Assembly (NCBI GenBank): GCA_031972475.1
Contig: DALYEP010000001.1
Location: forward strand, 543,180 to 607,179
Direction: 5' to 3'
DNA from: Candidatus Babeliales bacterium
GTDB taxonomy: Bacteria > Babelota > Babeliae > Babelales > CAIQNR01
DNA length: 64,000 bases
A program made the translations under genes and the position numbers. Numbering within the stretch: the stretch's first letter is position 1; every line of letters starts with the position of its first letter. Below the pieces are notes generated by a model, which was not told the DNA's origin, made no database searches, and saw only the letters and a list, made by a program, of their open reading frames with translations. This document shows positions 10,114 through 19,689 of this stretch, piece by piece.

Positions 10114-11364
10114 TTTAATAAAAAAATAATTAAATGTTCCTATTGCTAAAATAACTCCAAGAACTATAAGCGGCATAATGTTAGTGTATAAAAAACCTCT
10201 AACAGAAAAAAAACATGTTGTGAAACAAGTTAAAAGACCAAGTAATGCAAGCAAAGAAGGTTGCATTTTCATAAGCCCAAAGACGCTAATAGTATAAGTA
10301 ATAATACAAGAAAGTGTTGCTGTATATTGTAAAGGAATTTGCGCTCCTTTTAACCATAAAATATAACAACAACATAATATTCCTTCAGAAATTACACAAA
10401 CATATGGAATTGAATATCTATTTAATTGCCTAAACCATGAAGCTTTTGGAATTGTATTATTTTCTGCCAGAACATATAAATTCCAAGGATTAGTGTATAA
10501 AATACCATAAGCCCCTCCCAGTGCAGCTATACCTATAGTTGTAGAAATAAAGGGAGCAATAACATTAGCATTATTTGGCATAACTTTTGAAAGTAATAAT
10601 GGGAAAATTTCTACATATCCTTTTGCCGTACCCAAATCAGTCCCCATGCTCATATAGAAAATTGTTTGATATAAAAAAATAAAAGAAAGAACCAAACAAA
10701 AAGAAATGATTATAGCTTTAGGAATATTTTTTTCAGGTTGATCTACTACACGACTTAATGAACAACTTGCTTCAAACCCTAAAAAGCAAAATAATATTAA
10801 TGGAAGAGCTACAGGAATGCCTTCCCAGAGCAAATGGGGCGCTTGAATATTAATAATATTTGCATAATGAAAACCTGAAAATACAACAAATAAAATTGGA
10901 AGTATTTTTGCAGAAAGAAAAAGGTATTGAATCTTGCCACCAGTTTTCACATCTAAAAGATTTAAAATACTAAAAAAAACAATAAGAAAAAAATCAAGAA
11001 TTATAGTAGGAAAATCATTTAAAAATGGTATTGTCTTTTGCAAAAAAACAATAAAAACATGAATACTTAAAGAAGCAGATGCAAGTTTCCCAAAAAAATA
11101 GCTCCACATGCTAATAAAACTCCAATAATTACCAAGTGAAGATCCAAAGCCATAAAAACTTCCCGTTGGAGATATTTTAGCAAGACGAGCAAAGCAAAAC
11201 GAAAGAGGAAGCATCAGTAAACCAATACCTAAATATAACAAGCTTCCTAAAGCACCAACTGTTTTAGCGAGCATAGCAGTATTAACAAAAGTACCAGTTC
11301 CAAGCATAATATTTGTATTAATAAATACTGCTTCTAGTAAAGATAACTTCTTTTGTTTTGACAT
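10081..11364 (-). CDS. Amino acid/polyamine (APC-type) permease
   Basis: 427-aa polytopic membrane protein whose N-terminus resembles APC transporters (LSLLEAVFINTNIMLGTGTF). The substrate is unknown. Confidence 0.55.
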   Translation of the reverse strand: MSKQKKLSLLEAVFINTNIMLGTGTFVNTAMLAKTVGALGSLLYLGIGLLMLPLSFCFARLAKISPTGSFYGFGSSLGNYWSFISMWSYFFGKLASASLSIHVFIVFLQKTIPFLNDFPTIILDFFLIVFFSILNLLDVKTGGKIQYLFLSAKILPILFVVFSGFHYANIINIQAPHLLWEGIPVALPLILFCFLGFEASCSLSRVVDQPEKNIPKAIIISFCLVLSFIFLYQTIFYMSMGTDLGTAKGYVEIFPLLLSKVMPNNANVIAPFISTTIGIAALGGAYGILYTNPWNLYVLAENNTIPKASWFRQLNRYSIPYVCVISEGILCCCYILWLKGAQIPLQYTATLSCIITYTISVFGLMKMQPSLLALLGLLTCFTTCFFSVRGFLYTNIMPLIVLGVILAIGTFNYFFIKLTKLNSHKGN

Positions 11365-11423
11365 ATAAAACTTTCATATAAATTTCAAAATAAAAATAAA
11401 ATTTATTGCGAGTATAATAATTT

Positions 11424-12167
11424 TTATTTCTTTAGTAAAAAAAGACCAATAGAACCAGCAACAGCTGCATTTAAACTCTCTGTAGATCCATCCATTGGAA
11501 TCGTAATAACATAATCACACTCTTTTATCCATTCTTGAGGCAATCCATGAGCTTCATTACCCACCACTAAAAGAACATTTTTAGTTGGTAAATCTTGAAT
11601 AGTACATCCTTCTTGAGTCGCCATTGCACAAAGAGGAAATCTATTTTTATAAGCCACTAATTGACTCCAACTCAATTTAACAATTGTAGTATGAGCAAAT
11701 GCTCCTGCAGTTGCCTGAATTACTTTAGGTGAGTAAGGGTCAACACCTTCAACAATCACAATCAATTTATGACCGCAAGCTGCTGCTGATCTTATAAGAG
11801 TCCCCATATTTCCAGGATCAGTAATATTAGCTAAAACCAATCCTTTAGCATTCAAAGAAATAGAATCACTAATAGTTTCAAAATCAAATATAGCTAAAAT
11901 TCCAGGAGGCGTTACAGATGGACTAATTTTTTTCATAACATGCTCAGGAACAACAATAGGATCACTTTTTTTAAAAATAATACGAGCATCTGTATACAAT
12001 GGCTCAGTAACATAAAGCTCAATCGGTGTTTTTTGTGCTGCAGCAAATCTCTCCAGCACCCTTAAGCCTTCTGCTATATATTGATTATGAAGAAAACGAC
12101 CCTTTGATGAATGCAAAGAAGCTACTCTTTTAATTGAATCATTTTGAACAGAACATATTGTTTTCAT
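11424..12167 (-). CDS. SpoU/TrmH-family RNA 2'-O-methyltransferase
   Basis: SPOUT motifs (NITDPGNMGTLIRSAAACG, VVGNEAHGL, NAAVAGSIGLF). Confidence 0.7.
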   Translation of the reverse strand: MKTICSVQNDSIKRVASLHSSKGRFLHNQYIAEGLRVLERFAAAQKTPIELYVTEPLYTDARIIFKKSDPIVVPEHVMKKISPSVTPPGILAIFDFETISDSISLNAKGLVLANITDPGNMGTLIRSAAACGHKLIVIVEGVDPYSPKVIQATAGAFAHTTIVKLSWSQLVAYKNRFPLCAMATQEGCTIQDLPTKNVLLVVGNEAHGLPQEWIKECDYVITIPMDGSTESLNAAVAGSIGLFLLKK

Positions 12168-12258
12168 AAATATTTATACCCCACTAAAAAAGGACCTATA
12201 GCTTTTATACTACGGGTCCTTTAAATCTTTGTAAATGAGCTTCTATAAGAAAACTTGA

Positions 12259-13065
12259 CTACTCAATCACCCTAATACGAGCAACAGTTGTATATTTTAG
12301 ATCTTTTTGAATAATAATAGGATAGGGACTTTCATCTTGAGTACAAGCTCTTACCCCAGTAATTGTTATAGTTTGATCATCATTTGAAATAACTGAATTA
12401 ATTGCAGTTGTTGGATTATAAGAGACATTAGGATTTTTTGCATGAGCCTCTTTTTCTGATTTTATTTTCTTATTCAAGTCATCGATTGTTGGATGAATTT
12501 TAGAGCCTTTTGGACCATTAATTATAAATGAATCTCCTACTTTAATAGTAACAACTGGAGCATTTTTATTAATTTGCACAGTTAAAGAAGTAAGATCTGG
12601 AGTGAATGGACTTTTTGGCAAAATATTTTCATTTGATCCATTTGATGATGATAATAAAGCAGCATTTGACTGATTACTTTCAGATTTTAATGGCTGTAAA
12701 ACAGGCGTTGATGAAGTTGTTGAAGTCGGCATTGAAACTGATTGGGGTGTTAATGATATTGATTGATTTGGTTGAGCAGTAGTTGTTAAATTTAAAGAAT
12801 TTATTGCTGTAGTAGAAGAATTTGTTACAGGCTGCGCAGAAGAAGTAGATACTAATGCTAAAGAAGGTTGAGCTAGAGCAGGTGTAATTACAGAAGATGT
12901 AGAAGATCCAGCTACAATAAGACTACTTTGTGCAGGGCTTGTAGAATTTAAACCTGATGAAGTATTAGTAATAAGACCAGAAGTATTTAAAGAAGTTGCG
13001 CCAAAAAGATTTGGCGCAAAAACTACTAAAACAATTAATTTCTTTTTAGAAAAGAGAATATTCAT
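12259..13065 (-). CDS. Ser/Thr-rich (mucin-like) secreted protein
   Basis: A signal peptide is followed by roughly 150 aa of S/T/N/Q-rich low complexity, then a small C-terminal globular domain. Confidence 0.5.
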   Translation of the reverse strand: MNILFSKKKLIVLVVFAPNLFGATSLNTSGLITNTSSGLNSTSPAQSSLIVAGSSTSSVITPALAQPSLALVSTSSAQPVTNSSTTAINSLNLTTTAQPNQSISLTPQSVSMPTSTTSSTPVLQPLKSESNQSNAALLSSSNGSNENILPKSPFTPDLTSLTVQINKNAPVVTIKVGDSFIINGPKGSKIHPTIDDLNKKIKSEKEAHAKNPNVSYNPTTAINSVISNDDQTITITGVRACTQDESPYPIIIQKDLKYTTVARIRVIE

Positions 13066-13097
13066 AATATTCCTTTATACATAAACTAAAAAATTTC

Positions 13098-13799
13098 TTA
13101 ATTATTTTCTGTCATTTTTTGTTTTACAGATTTCTTAAAATCACATTTTGCTTCTTTTTTACAAGATCTTTTTTTTGAATCTTTTTCATGATTTTTTGAA
13201 TGATTTTTTGAATGATTTTTTTTATGTTCAACAGTAAATGTATATGCTTGACCATGTTGAGAAATTACCACTTTTCCTGCAGTATGAAATCTAATTTCAT
13301 GAAAACGCTGATCTCCGGATCTTACTCTTAATTTTTTAGCTACTGCATTATCTGCAATAGTTATAGTCGCTTCTTCTCTATTTTCAGAAGCTGCTATAAA
13401 GAGCTTATCGCCTACACAGACTGAACTTTTTACATCATTAAAAGCATCTTTGAGGTTTTGATACGCAACTGTAATAGTTCTTTCTTTTCTAATTTTACCC
13501 GATGGCTTCTTAATAGAAATAGTAGCTGTTCCTACATTAAGAGCTACAACTTCTATATGACCATCATGATTTGTAACATCAATAATATTTGGATGGTTTG
13601 ATATAACTTGATCGCCTTCATTTAAATGAGGAAGTACAACACCTTTACCATGTTGCTGTAAGAATTTTTGACCAATCTTCATAATTTTTGGAATACTTGG
13701 ACCTTTGGTTGCATAATAAGCAGCACCCCAAAATGCTTGCATACTTGTTGAAACAATCGCTGCTCCAATTAACAAACTTAAAGATATCTTCTTCATCAT
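13098..13799 (-). CDS. Secreted protein with a possible Ig-like (Big_2-like) segment and a C-terminal KNHS repeat
   Basis: A signal peptide (MMKKISLSLLIGAAIVS) and the segment VALNVGTATISIKK suggest Ig-like strands. The C-terminal KNHSKNHSKNH repeat is encoded by a 12-nt tandem repeat. Confidence 0.45.
   Translation of the reverse strand: MMKKISLSLLIGAAIVSTSMQAFWGAAYYATKGPSIPKIMKIGQKFLQQHGKGVVLPHLNEGDQVISNHPNIIDVTNHDGHIEVVALNVGTATISIKKPSGKIRKERTITVAYQNLKDAFNDVKSSVCVGDKLFIAASENREEATITIADNAVAKKLRVRSGDQRFHEIRFHTAGKVVISQHGQAYTFTVEHKKNHSKNHSKNHEKDSKKRSCKKEAKCDFKKSVKQKMTENN
13189..13224. repeat. 12-nt tandem repeat TGATTTTTTGAA (about 2.5 copies) encoding KNHS repeats inside CDS 13098-13799
   Basis: Read directly from the sequence. 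Confidence 0.7.
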
Positions 13800-13832
13800 C
13801 TCTCCTTATAATTAATACAATAACAGCCTTAC

Positions 13833-14168
13833 TTAATCTTCTGGTTTAATTGATACATATCTTTTTACTTCCACATTACCATTTTTAGCTTCAAAAACAC
13901 TAAATACTGCAGGAACATGCTTTTCGTCTTGTATAGTAAGCGAACACTGCGCATGATTTTCATCTTGCTTGCATTTAAAAGATCGTAAATAGCGCCACCT
14001 ATTCTGCTCATGAACTTTAAGATTTTTAGCATCAACATTGTCAACCTTAAACTTCAGAGTGTCCCCAGGAGAAACAACTTCTATTGGAATGCTTTGTAAT
14101 TTACGTGCTTGAATTGAAAATCCAAATAACAAAGCATACAAATTCACAAAACATACCAATTTCTTCAT
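13833..14168 (-). CDS. Small secreted hypothetical protein
   Basis: Start placed at the ATG, 7 nt after GGAGGGGAT. The ORF-track start is a GTG 7 codons upstream. The N-terminus is a signal peptide. Confidence 0.45.
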   Translation of the reverse strand: MKKLVCFVNLYALLFGFSIQARKLQSIPIEVVSPGDTLKFKVDNVDAKNLKVHEQNRWRYLRSFKCKQDENHAQCSLTIQDEKHVPAVFSVFEAKNGNVEVKRYVSIKPED

Positions 14169-14251
14169 CGTATCCCCTCCACTAACCACTTATATTGTAA
14201 GGATACATAGCAGATCAAAGTATTTGCAATAATTTCTACTAGAAAATAATG

Positions 14252-15382
14252 TCAGATTTCATCTTTAAGTATTTTAAGCCTTATATCAGCCATAAAATTA
14301 ATCATAAAATGAATATTATGAATACTTGCAAGCGTATATGCACTTAATTCATGAGCATCAAATAAATGTCTTAGGTATGAAACTGAATAATGAGTGCAAG
14401 TGTAACAAGAACAATCTTCTTCTATCGGCTTATTAAGTACCCTGTAAACACTATTCATTAATTTCAAAGCACCCTTTTTAGTAAATAAAACTCCATGGCG
14501 AGCACATTTTGTAGGATAAGAAGAATCCATAGTATCAATACCTTTTTGCACAAAAGGCATAACAGACTTTAAATCACCTATCCCTAAAAGATGTATCGGT
14601 CTTTCATAAGCTAAATAAGGCAAAAGACCATCAAGCATAGCAAACATTTGTTCATGGTTTTTACCCATAGAACCCCCAATTGCATGCCCATCAAAAGCTC
14701 TACTATTTGCAATCTCTGCACTTTTTTTACGAAGATCAAAGTCAATGCCGCCATGAATTACAGCATACATCGCTTGATTATTTCTATTTTTTAAATGTTC
14801 TTGCAAAGATCGCTCTTCCCACCTATGAGTACGTTCAAAAGAATTTAATAATTTTCTTGGACTCGTATTAAAAGGAGGAAGTTCGTCAAGTGGAATAATT
14901 ATATCTGCTCCTAATTTTTTTTGCGCTTGAACAGAACTTTCCGGAGTTAACAATATCTCTTTACCATCTCTATATGATCTAAAAAGAACGCCCTCTTCAT
15001 TAATTTTAAGAACAGAATTATTCTCTTTTTTAGCTCCATTACTTTTAAGTTCTGCATCAATCCCACCATACATCAAACTAAAAACTTGAAATCCTCCAGA
15101 GTCAGTAATAATAGGTTTTTTTCTATTTATAAAAGAATGCAATCCTCCTGCCTGAGCAACAAGATCTGCCCCAGGTTGCAACATAAGATGATAGGTATTA
15201 CAAAACATAAGCTGAACATCAAGCTTATCTATTAATATACTATCAACCGCCTTAACTGCACCATTCGTACCAACAGGAACAAAATTAGGAGTTTCTATAA
15301 TACCATGAGGAGTATGTATTCTACCAACACGAGCTTTAGATTTTTTTGATTTATGAACAATTTCAAACTTAAAATAAGACAT
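14252..15382 (-). CDS. tgt: Queuine tRNA-ribosyltransferase
   Basis: 376 aa with the Tgt N-terminus (RVGRIHTPHGIIETPNFVPVGT) and the zinc site CSCYTCTHY..H. Confidence 0.9.
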   Translation of the reverse strand: MSYFKFEIVHKSKKSKARVGRIHTPHGIIETPNFVPVGTNGAVKAVDSILIDKLDVQLMFCNTYHLMLQPGADLVAQAGGLHSFINRKKPIITDSGGFQVFSLMYGGIDAELKSNGAKKENNSVLKINEEGVLFRSYRDGKEILLTPESSVQAQKKLGADIIIPLDELPPFNTSPRKLLNSFERTHRWEERSLQEHLKNRNNQAMYAVIHGGIDFDLRKKSAEIANSRAFDGHAIGGSMGKNHEQMFAMLDGLLPYLAYERPIHLLGIGDLKSVMPFVQKGIDTMDSSYPTKCARHGVLFTKKGALKLMNSVYRVLNKPIEEDCSCYTCTHYSVSYLRHLFDAHELSAYTLASIHNIHFMINFMADIRLKILKDEI

Positions 15383-16105
15383 TTAAACCCCTCTACGTTG
15401 CTTACAAATTAAACTATGAAGCGTAATAACAAATGGTACACAAATAAAAATAGAAAGGCATTTAATTGCATAACTAAACCCAATAATAGTCCAAACAGAT
15501 TCAACAGTGCCATATAATGCTAAAAAAGAAAAAAGCATTGTATCAAAAAATTGAGATATGCATAAAGAAAGAGTTGTTTTAAGTTTTAAATGCTTTATGC
15601 CCCAAATTCTAGTAAAAAAATTAAATAAAATGAGATTGAGCGATTTGCTCAAAAAAGCAACCGCTAAAGAAGAAAGCATAATACGAGGCATACCATTAAA
15701 AATAGCAAAAAAATGTACATGAAATATATCATGATTACTAGGCTGAAACCATAATAAAAATTGAGAAACTACAAGAAAAAATAGCGCTCCAAACATACCT
15801 AAAGCAATAGCTTTTTTTGCTTCTTTTTGACCATAATACTCTCTCAGCAATGTTATTCCTATATCCGTTCCTACAGCAAAAACATCAGATGTTATAAGAG
15901 AAAGACCAAATATTGTCGCTTCTTTAAGAACAAAAATATTACCTATTACCCAACAAAGTGAAACAAAACAAAATAATCCGGCACTACCAAATAACAAAGC
16001 CCCCAAAGCAAAAATAGAGACTGTTATACTTTCTATTATAAATAGTAATTCATTAAACATAAAAACCTCTTTACTACACAAAATAAAATCTATACAAAAA
16101 TACAT
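15383..16105 (-). CDS. Putative queuosine-precursor transporter (YhhQ/Vut family)
   Basis: A roughly 220-240 aa polytopic membrane protein immediately upstream of tgt with no gap. The assignment rests on context plus membrane topology. Confidence 0.45.
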   Translation of the reverse strand: MYFCIDFILCSKEVFMFNELLFIIESITVSIFALGALLFGSAGLFCFVSLCWVIGNIFVLKEATIFGLSLITSDVFAVGTDIGITLLREYYGQKEAKKAIALGMFGALFFLVVSQFLLWFQPSNHDIFHVHFFAIFNGMPRIMLSSLAVAFLSKSLNLILFNFFTRIWGIKHLKLKTTLSLCISQFFDTMLFSFLALYGTVESVWTIIGFSYAIKCLSIFICVPFVITLHSLICKQRRGV

Positions 16106-16298
16106 TTTTAAAAAAACACTTCAGGGCAAGCATTTTAACGCATAAACAAAGACTCTTCAATACTACATCTATTATGTAACCGATCCATATCATCACTCAT
16201 AATAATTAAAAATATCTCATATCCATACTAAACATTGACATTAAAGACTTTTATTTTATACAATTTGAAATATATTTAATTTGAAATTAGGATTATTT

Positions 16299-17585
16299 AT
16301 GAAAAAAATATATATAATTTTATGCATTCTTTCATCACAAATTTATGCATTTAATTTTGAAAGTAGTGCTTATCAAGCCGGAGAATATTTTTTTAAAGGA
16401 ATTACAAGCTCTATAGACCCAAATACTTCTTATTATATAGGCAAAAATTTATCTAAAGGGATGATTGAAGAACTGTCAAAGCATTTAAATGACGAAGCAA
16501 TAAAAAAATTAACTAATCAAATGAATAAAGAAATTATAGAAAAATTAATTATTAATAATGCTAAAACTATTGCTATCATAAGTTTTATATCAACTTTAGG
16601 ATATTTCTCCGCAGCATATGGAATTCCAACAATTATTAAAGCGATTGAACGTAGGCTAATGAAACCTAAGCTAATAACTGAATCTTCAAAAAAGAATATT
16701 TTAGAAAAAGTACAATCAAAATTAGTTAAAAATGAAGAATGCCTTCCTGAAATGATTTTTAATCCAGAATTACAACAAAAACTTAATAACCTTATAAAAA
16801 CAACATCAATGATTCATCATAAGATCAAAGATGGTAAAACGAATATTAAATATAGAAACCTTCTGCTTTACGGCTCTCCTGGAACAGGAAAAACTATGTT
16901 TGCTAAAAAATTAGCTAAAGAATCTGGCCTTGAATATGCTTTTATGAGCGGCTCTTCATTTGCTAAATTTAATGATGGAAATGCAATTAATGCCCTAGAT
17001 GAACTTTTTGCTTGGGCAAAGCAAAGCAATGGCCTCATGCTTTTTATAGACGAAGCTGAAACCTTTTTATCAAAACGTGAAAACATGAACCCTCAAAGCA
17101 AAGCTTATCTGCTACTAAATAACTTCTTAAATTATACTGGCGAACGCAGCTCACGCTTTATGATTGTTTTTTCAACTAACCATAAAAATGTACTCGATGA
17201 TGCTATGCATCGCCGCATTGACGACCTGATAGAGATGCCCCTTCCGTTAGAAAAACAACGATTTGAAACACTAAGGTTATATCGCAATATTATATTAATG
17301 GATGAAAAACAAAATGAACTAAATTTTGTAAAATCAGTAAAGCAGTGTTTAAATGACGAACGCCTTGCAGCTATTGCTAAAATAACACAAGGGTTATCTT
17401 ACGGTGATTTAGAAGGAATTATCAACACGCTCAAAACTGATTCTTTGATTCTTGAGCCAGAAATTATAACTCCTGAACTAGTCACTTTAGTGGTCGAGCG
17501 AGCGCTCAAAAAACATAGCGCTTTTACAAATAGCACTGCTTTAGAAAAAGTCTATGTAGAAAAGACTTTGCGACAAGATATTTAA
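16299..17585 (+). CDS. Membrane-anchored AAA+ ATPase with a eukaryotic ATAD3-like ATPase domain
   Basis: [22 protein letters not shown] (Walker A), [16 protein letters not shown] (Walker B), and [35 protein letters not shown] are colinear with human ATAD3A ([60 protein letters not shown]) from memory. The N-terminus has a signal peptide and one internal TM helix. Start placed at the ATG after AGGA. Confidence 0.75.
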   Translation: [428 protein letters not shown]

Positions 17586-17673
17586 AAAAGAGTAATAATA
17601 AATATTTGCCTGTAAAGTAGTAATTTTTAAGCAACCAAATATTTGTCATTGCAAGATATTATTATATATAATA

Positions 17674-17907
17674 ATGTGTTTCATAAAAATGAAAAGGAAA
17701 GTAATAAAGAAGGAAAACACTATGAAATGCAAAAAATGTTCTGGGCTCATGGTTTTGCAATCTTTTTTTGATCACTTTTTAAATTTTGATGGGTGGAAAT
17801 GCTTAAATTGTGGTAAGATAGTTCCAAAGAAAGAAAAAACATTGGAATTTGACGCGTTTGGCGTTTTTTATCGCCAACAAAAATGTAAAAATAAAAAACA
17901 ATCATGA
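17674..17907 (+). CDS. Small C4 zinc-ribbon protein
   Basis: CKKC...CLNC spaced about 24 aa apart. Its stop overlaps the tsaB start (ATGA). Confidence 0.4.
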   Translation: MCFIKMKRKVIKKENTMKCKKCSGLMVLQSFFDHFLNFDGWKCLNCGKIVPKKEKTLEFDAFGVFYRQQKCKNKKQS

Positions 17908-18578
17908 AAAAAGCCCATCTTGTATTACAAGCTAACTATGAAAACATTTCACTAAGTTTATGGAATGGTACACATTTAATTACCTCTTATGTATTAGATA
18001 AAATCAATGCATGCAAGTTGCTTATGCCCTCTATTATTAACCTTCTTCAAGAACATAATTTTAATTTTTCAGACATTGATTTTATAGCAATCAACCAAGG
18101 GCCTGCACCTTTTACAACATTACGGATTGTAATAACAACTGCAAATGGGCTCAGCTTTTCTAAAAAAATTCCGCTCATCCCAATTAACAGTTTAGAAGCA
18201 TTTTCTGAAGAATACAAAACCTTATCACCACTAACAGTTATTATACTTAATGCATTTGCCCAAGATGTTTATTTTTCAATTATTGAAAATAAAAAAATCA
18301 AAACTGGATGCAAAAACAGCGATATTTTTTTTGATGAATTAATAAATGATTTTCCAAATAAAAATATTACATTTATTGGAAATGGTGTTGAATTATTTAA
18401 AGAAAAAATTAAAAACATTTTCAAAGAAAACGCTCTGTTTTTGAATCCCAATCCTCAGTATACAGATTTTAAACAAACATCTTTAATTGCATATTCTGAT
18501 TGGGTAAATAAAAAAAACATTACAGAAGTAGTAATTCCTTTGTATTTAAAAATACAAACATATAAAACATCTACGTAA
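17904..18578 (+). CDS. tsaB: tRNA threonylcarbamoyladenosine biosynthesis protein TsaB (YeaZ-like)
   Basis: N-terminal LVLQANYENISLSLW..., FIAINQGPAPFTTLRIVITTANGLS and IPLIPINSLEAF match the TsaB pattern (GPGSFTGlRig..a.gla). Confidence 0.65.
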   Translation: MKKAHLVLQANYENISLSLWNGTHLITSYVLDKINACKLLMPSIINLLQEHNFNFSDIDFIAINQGPAPFTTLRIVITTANGLSFSKKIPLIPINSLEAFSEEYKTLSPLTVIILNAFAQDVYFSIIENKKIKTGCKNSDIFFDELINDFPNKNITFIGNGVELFKEKIKNIFKENALFLNPNPQYTDFKQTSLIAYSDWVNKKNITEVVIPLYLKIQTYKTST

Positions 18579-19317
18579 ATGAACGAACTATACCCATCAA
18601 AAGCATCATTGCATCTTCTGACCTAAGCACAGATGAAATTAACTTAACAAAATAAAATCCCTTTTGTTTTAAATAATCTCTTTCACAAATACTTAGATCT
18701 CCCTCTGGACCAACTGAAAGAATAAAATTATTTTTTTCAGAAAAATTCAAAATTAATTCTTTTAAAGAAATACCTTCCACATCAGCATGTAATGCAAGCA
18801 TAGTATCTTTTTTTTCTATTTCAAAAAGCTGTAATAGCGGAACAGCTTTTAAAAAATTTGGCAAAACAAATTGTTTTGACTGCTCTGCAGCAGAAATAGC
18901 AATTCTCTTAAAGCGATCAAAGTCTTTATCGGCAAAAGCCCGTGAAGATTTTTCAGTAATAACAAATTGAATATCTTTAACACCCATAACAGTTGCATTA
19001 TATATCAAACTTTCAAGTGCTTCTTTTTTTAAAAGCGGTACTATTAAAGTTATCATTGGCTGTAAAGATTGAACATAAGAAATATCATTAACAAAACATA
19101 AAAATGTTTTTTTCTGAATACTCATAATTGTGCATACAGCAGAAATTTTTGTATTAAAAAAAACACATTTATCATTAACGGAAAGTCTTAAAATAAAAGA
19201 AATTCGCTTTAAAAGCTCCGTATCATCAACAAGAAAAGACTCTCCAATTTTTATATCAGAATCAAGCTGTGAAAAATATAAAGCAAATTCGTGCTTTTCT
19301 TTACGATTTATTGCCAT
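18571..19317 (-). CDS. rsmE: 16S rRNA (uracil1498-N3)-methyltransferase RsmE
   Basis: 248 aa with C-terminal SPOUT motifs (SVGPEGDLSICE, LISSVLRSEDA). Confidence 0.65.
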   Translation of the reverse strand: MAINRKEKHEFALYFSQLDSDIKIGESFLVDDTELLKRISFILRLSVNDKCVFFNTKISAVCTIMSIQKKTFLCFVNDISYVQSLQPMITLIVPLLKKEALESLIYNATVMGVKDIQFVITEKSSRAFADKDFDRFKRIAISAAEQSKQFVLPNFLKAVPLLQLFEIEKKDTMLALHADVEGISLKELILNFSEKNNFILSVGPEGDLSICERDYLKQKGFYFVKLISSVLRSEDAMMLLMGIVRSFT

Positions 19318-19615
19318 TTGTTTTTATATCTTTAATTTGAGATGCCGCTAATTTTATTAAATTATAAGAAGTTTCCATGCCATTTTTTATAAAATAAATC
19401 ATTAATGCTACGTAACTTATTTGATGTTTCTGAGGCTTGCTAGCAGATATATCACCTGCAGGTTCAGTAGCATCAAGCATTGCACTAAATTCATCAACAC
19501 TCTTATTTGTATCTTCAGATTCAATTTGACCCTGAGAAGCGATATTATTTTCCTGTGCTAATAGAAATCCTTGAAAAAAATGAGTCAGAAGCAAATACAT
19601 AAAAATTTTTTTCAT
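19301..19615 (-). CDS. Small secreted hypothetical protein
   Basis: Signal peptide MKKIFMYLLLTHFFQGFLLAQ. Overlaps the rsmE start by 17 nt. Confidence 0.35.
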   Translation of the reverse strand: MKKIFMYLLLTHFFQGFLLAQENNIASQGQIESEDTNKSVDEFSAMLDATEPAGDISASKPQKHQISYVALMIYFIKNGMETSYNLIKLAASQIKDIKTNGNKS

Positions 19616-19689
19616 TTATTTTCCTTATATTTTAATAATCAAATCGAGTAAACTATATCATAATTCAGCTTAAAAGAGAAAGGTGGGGC

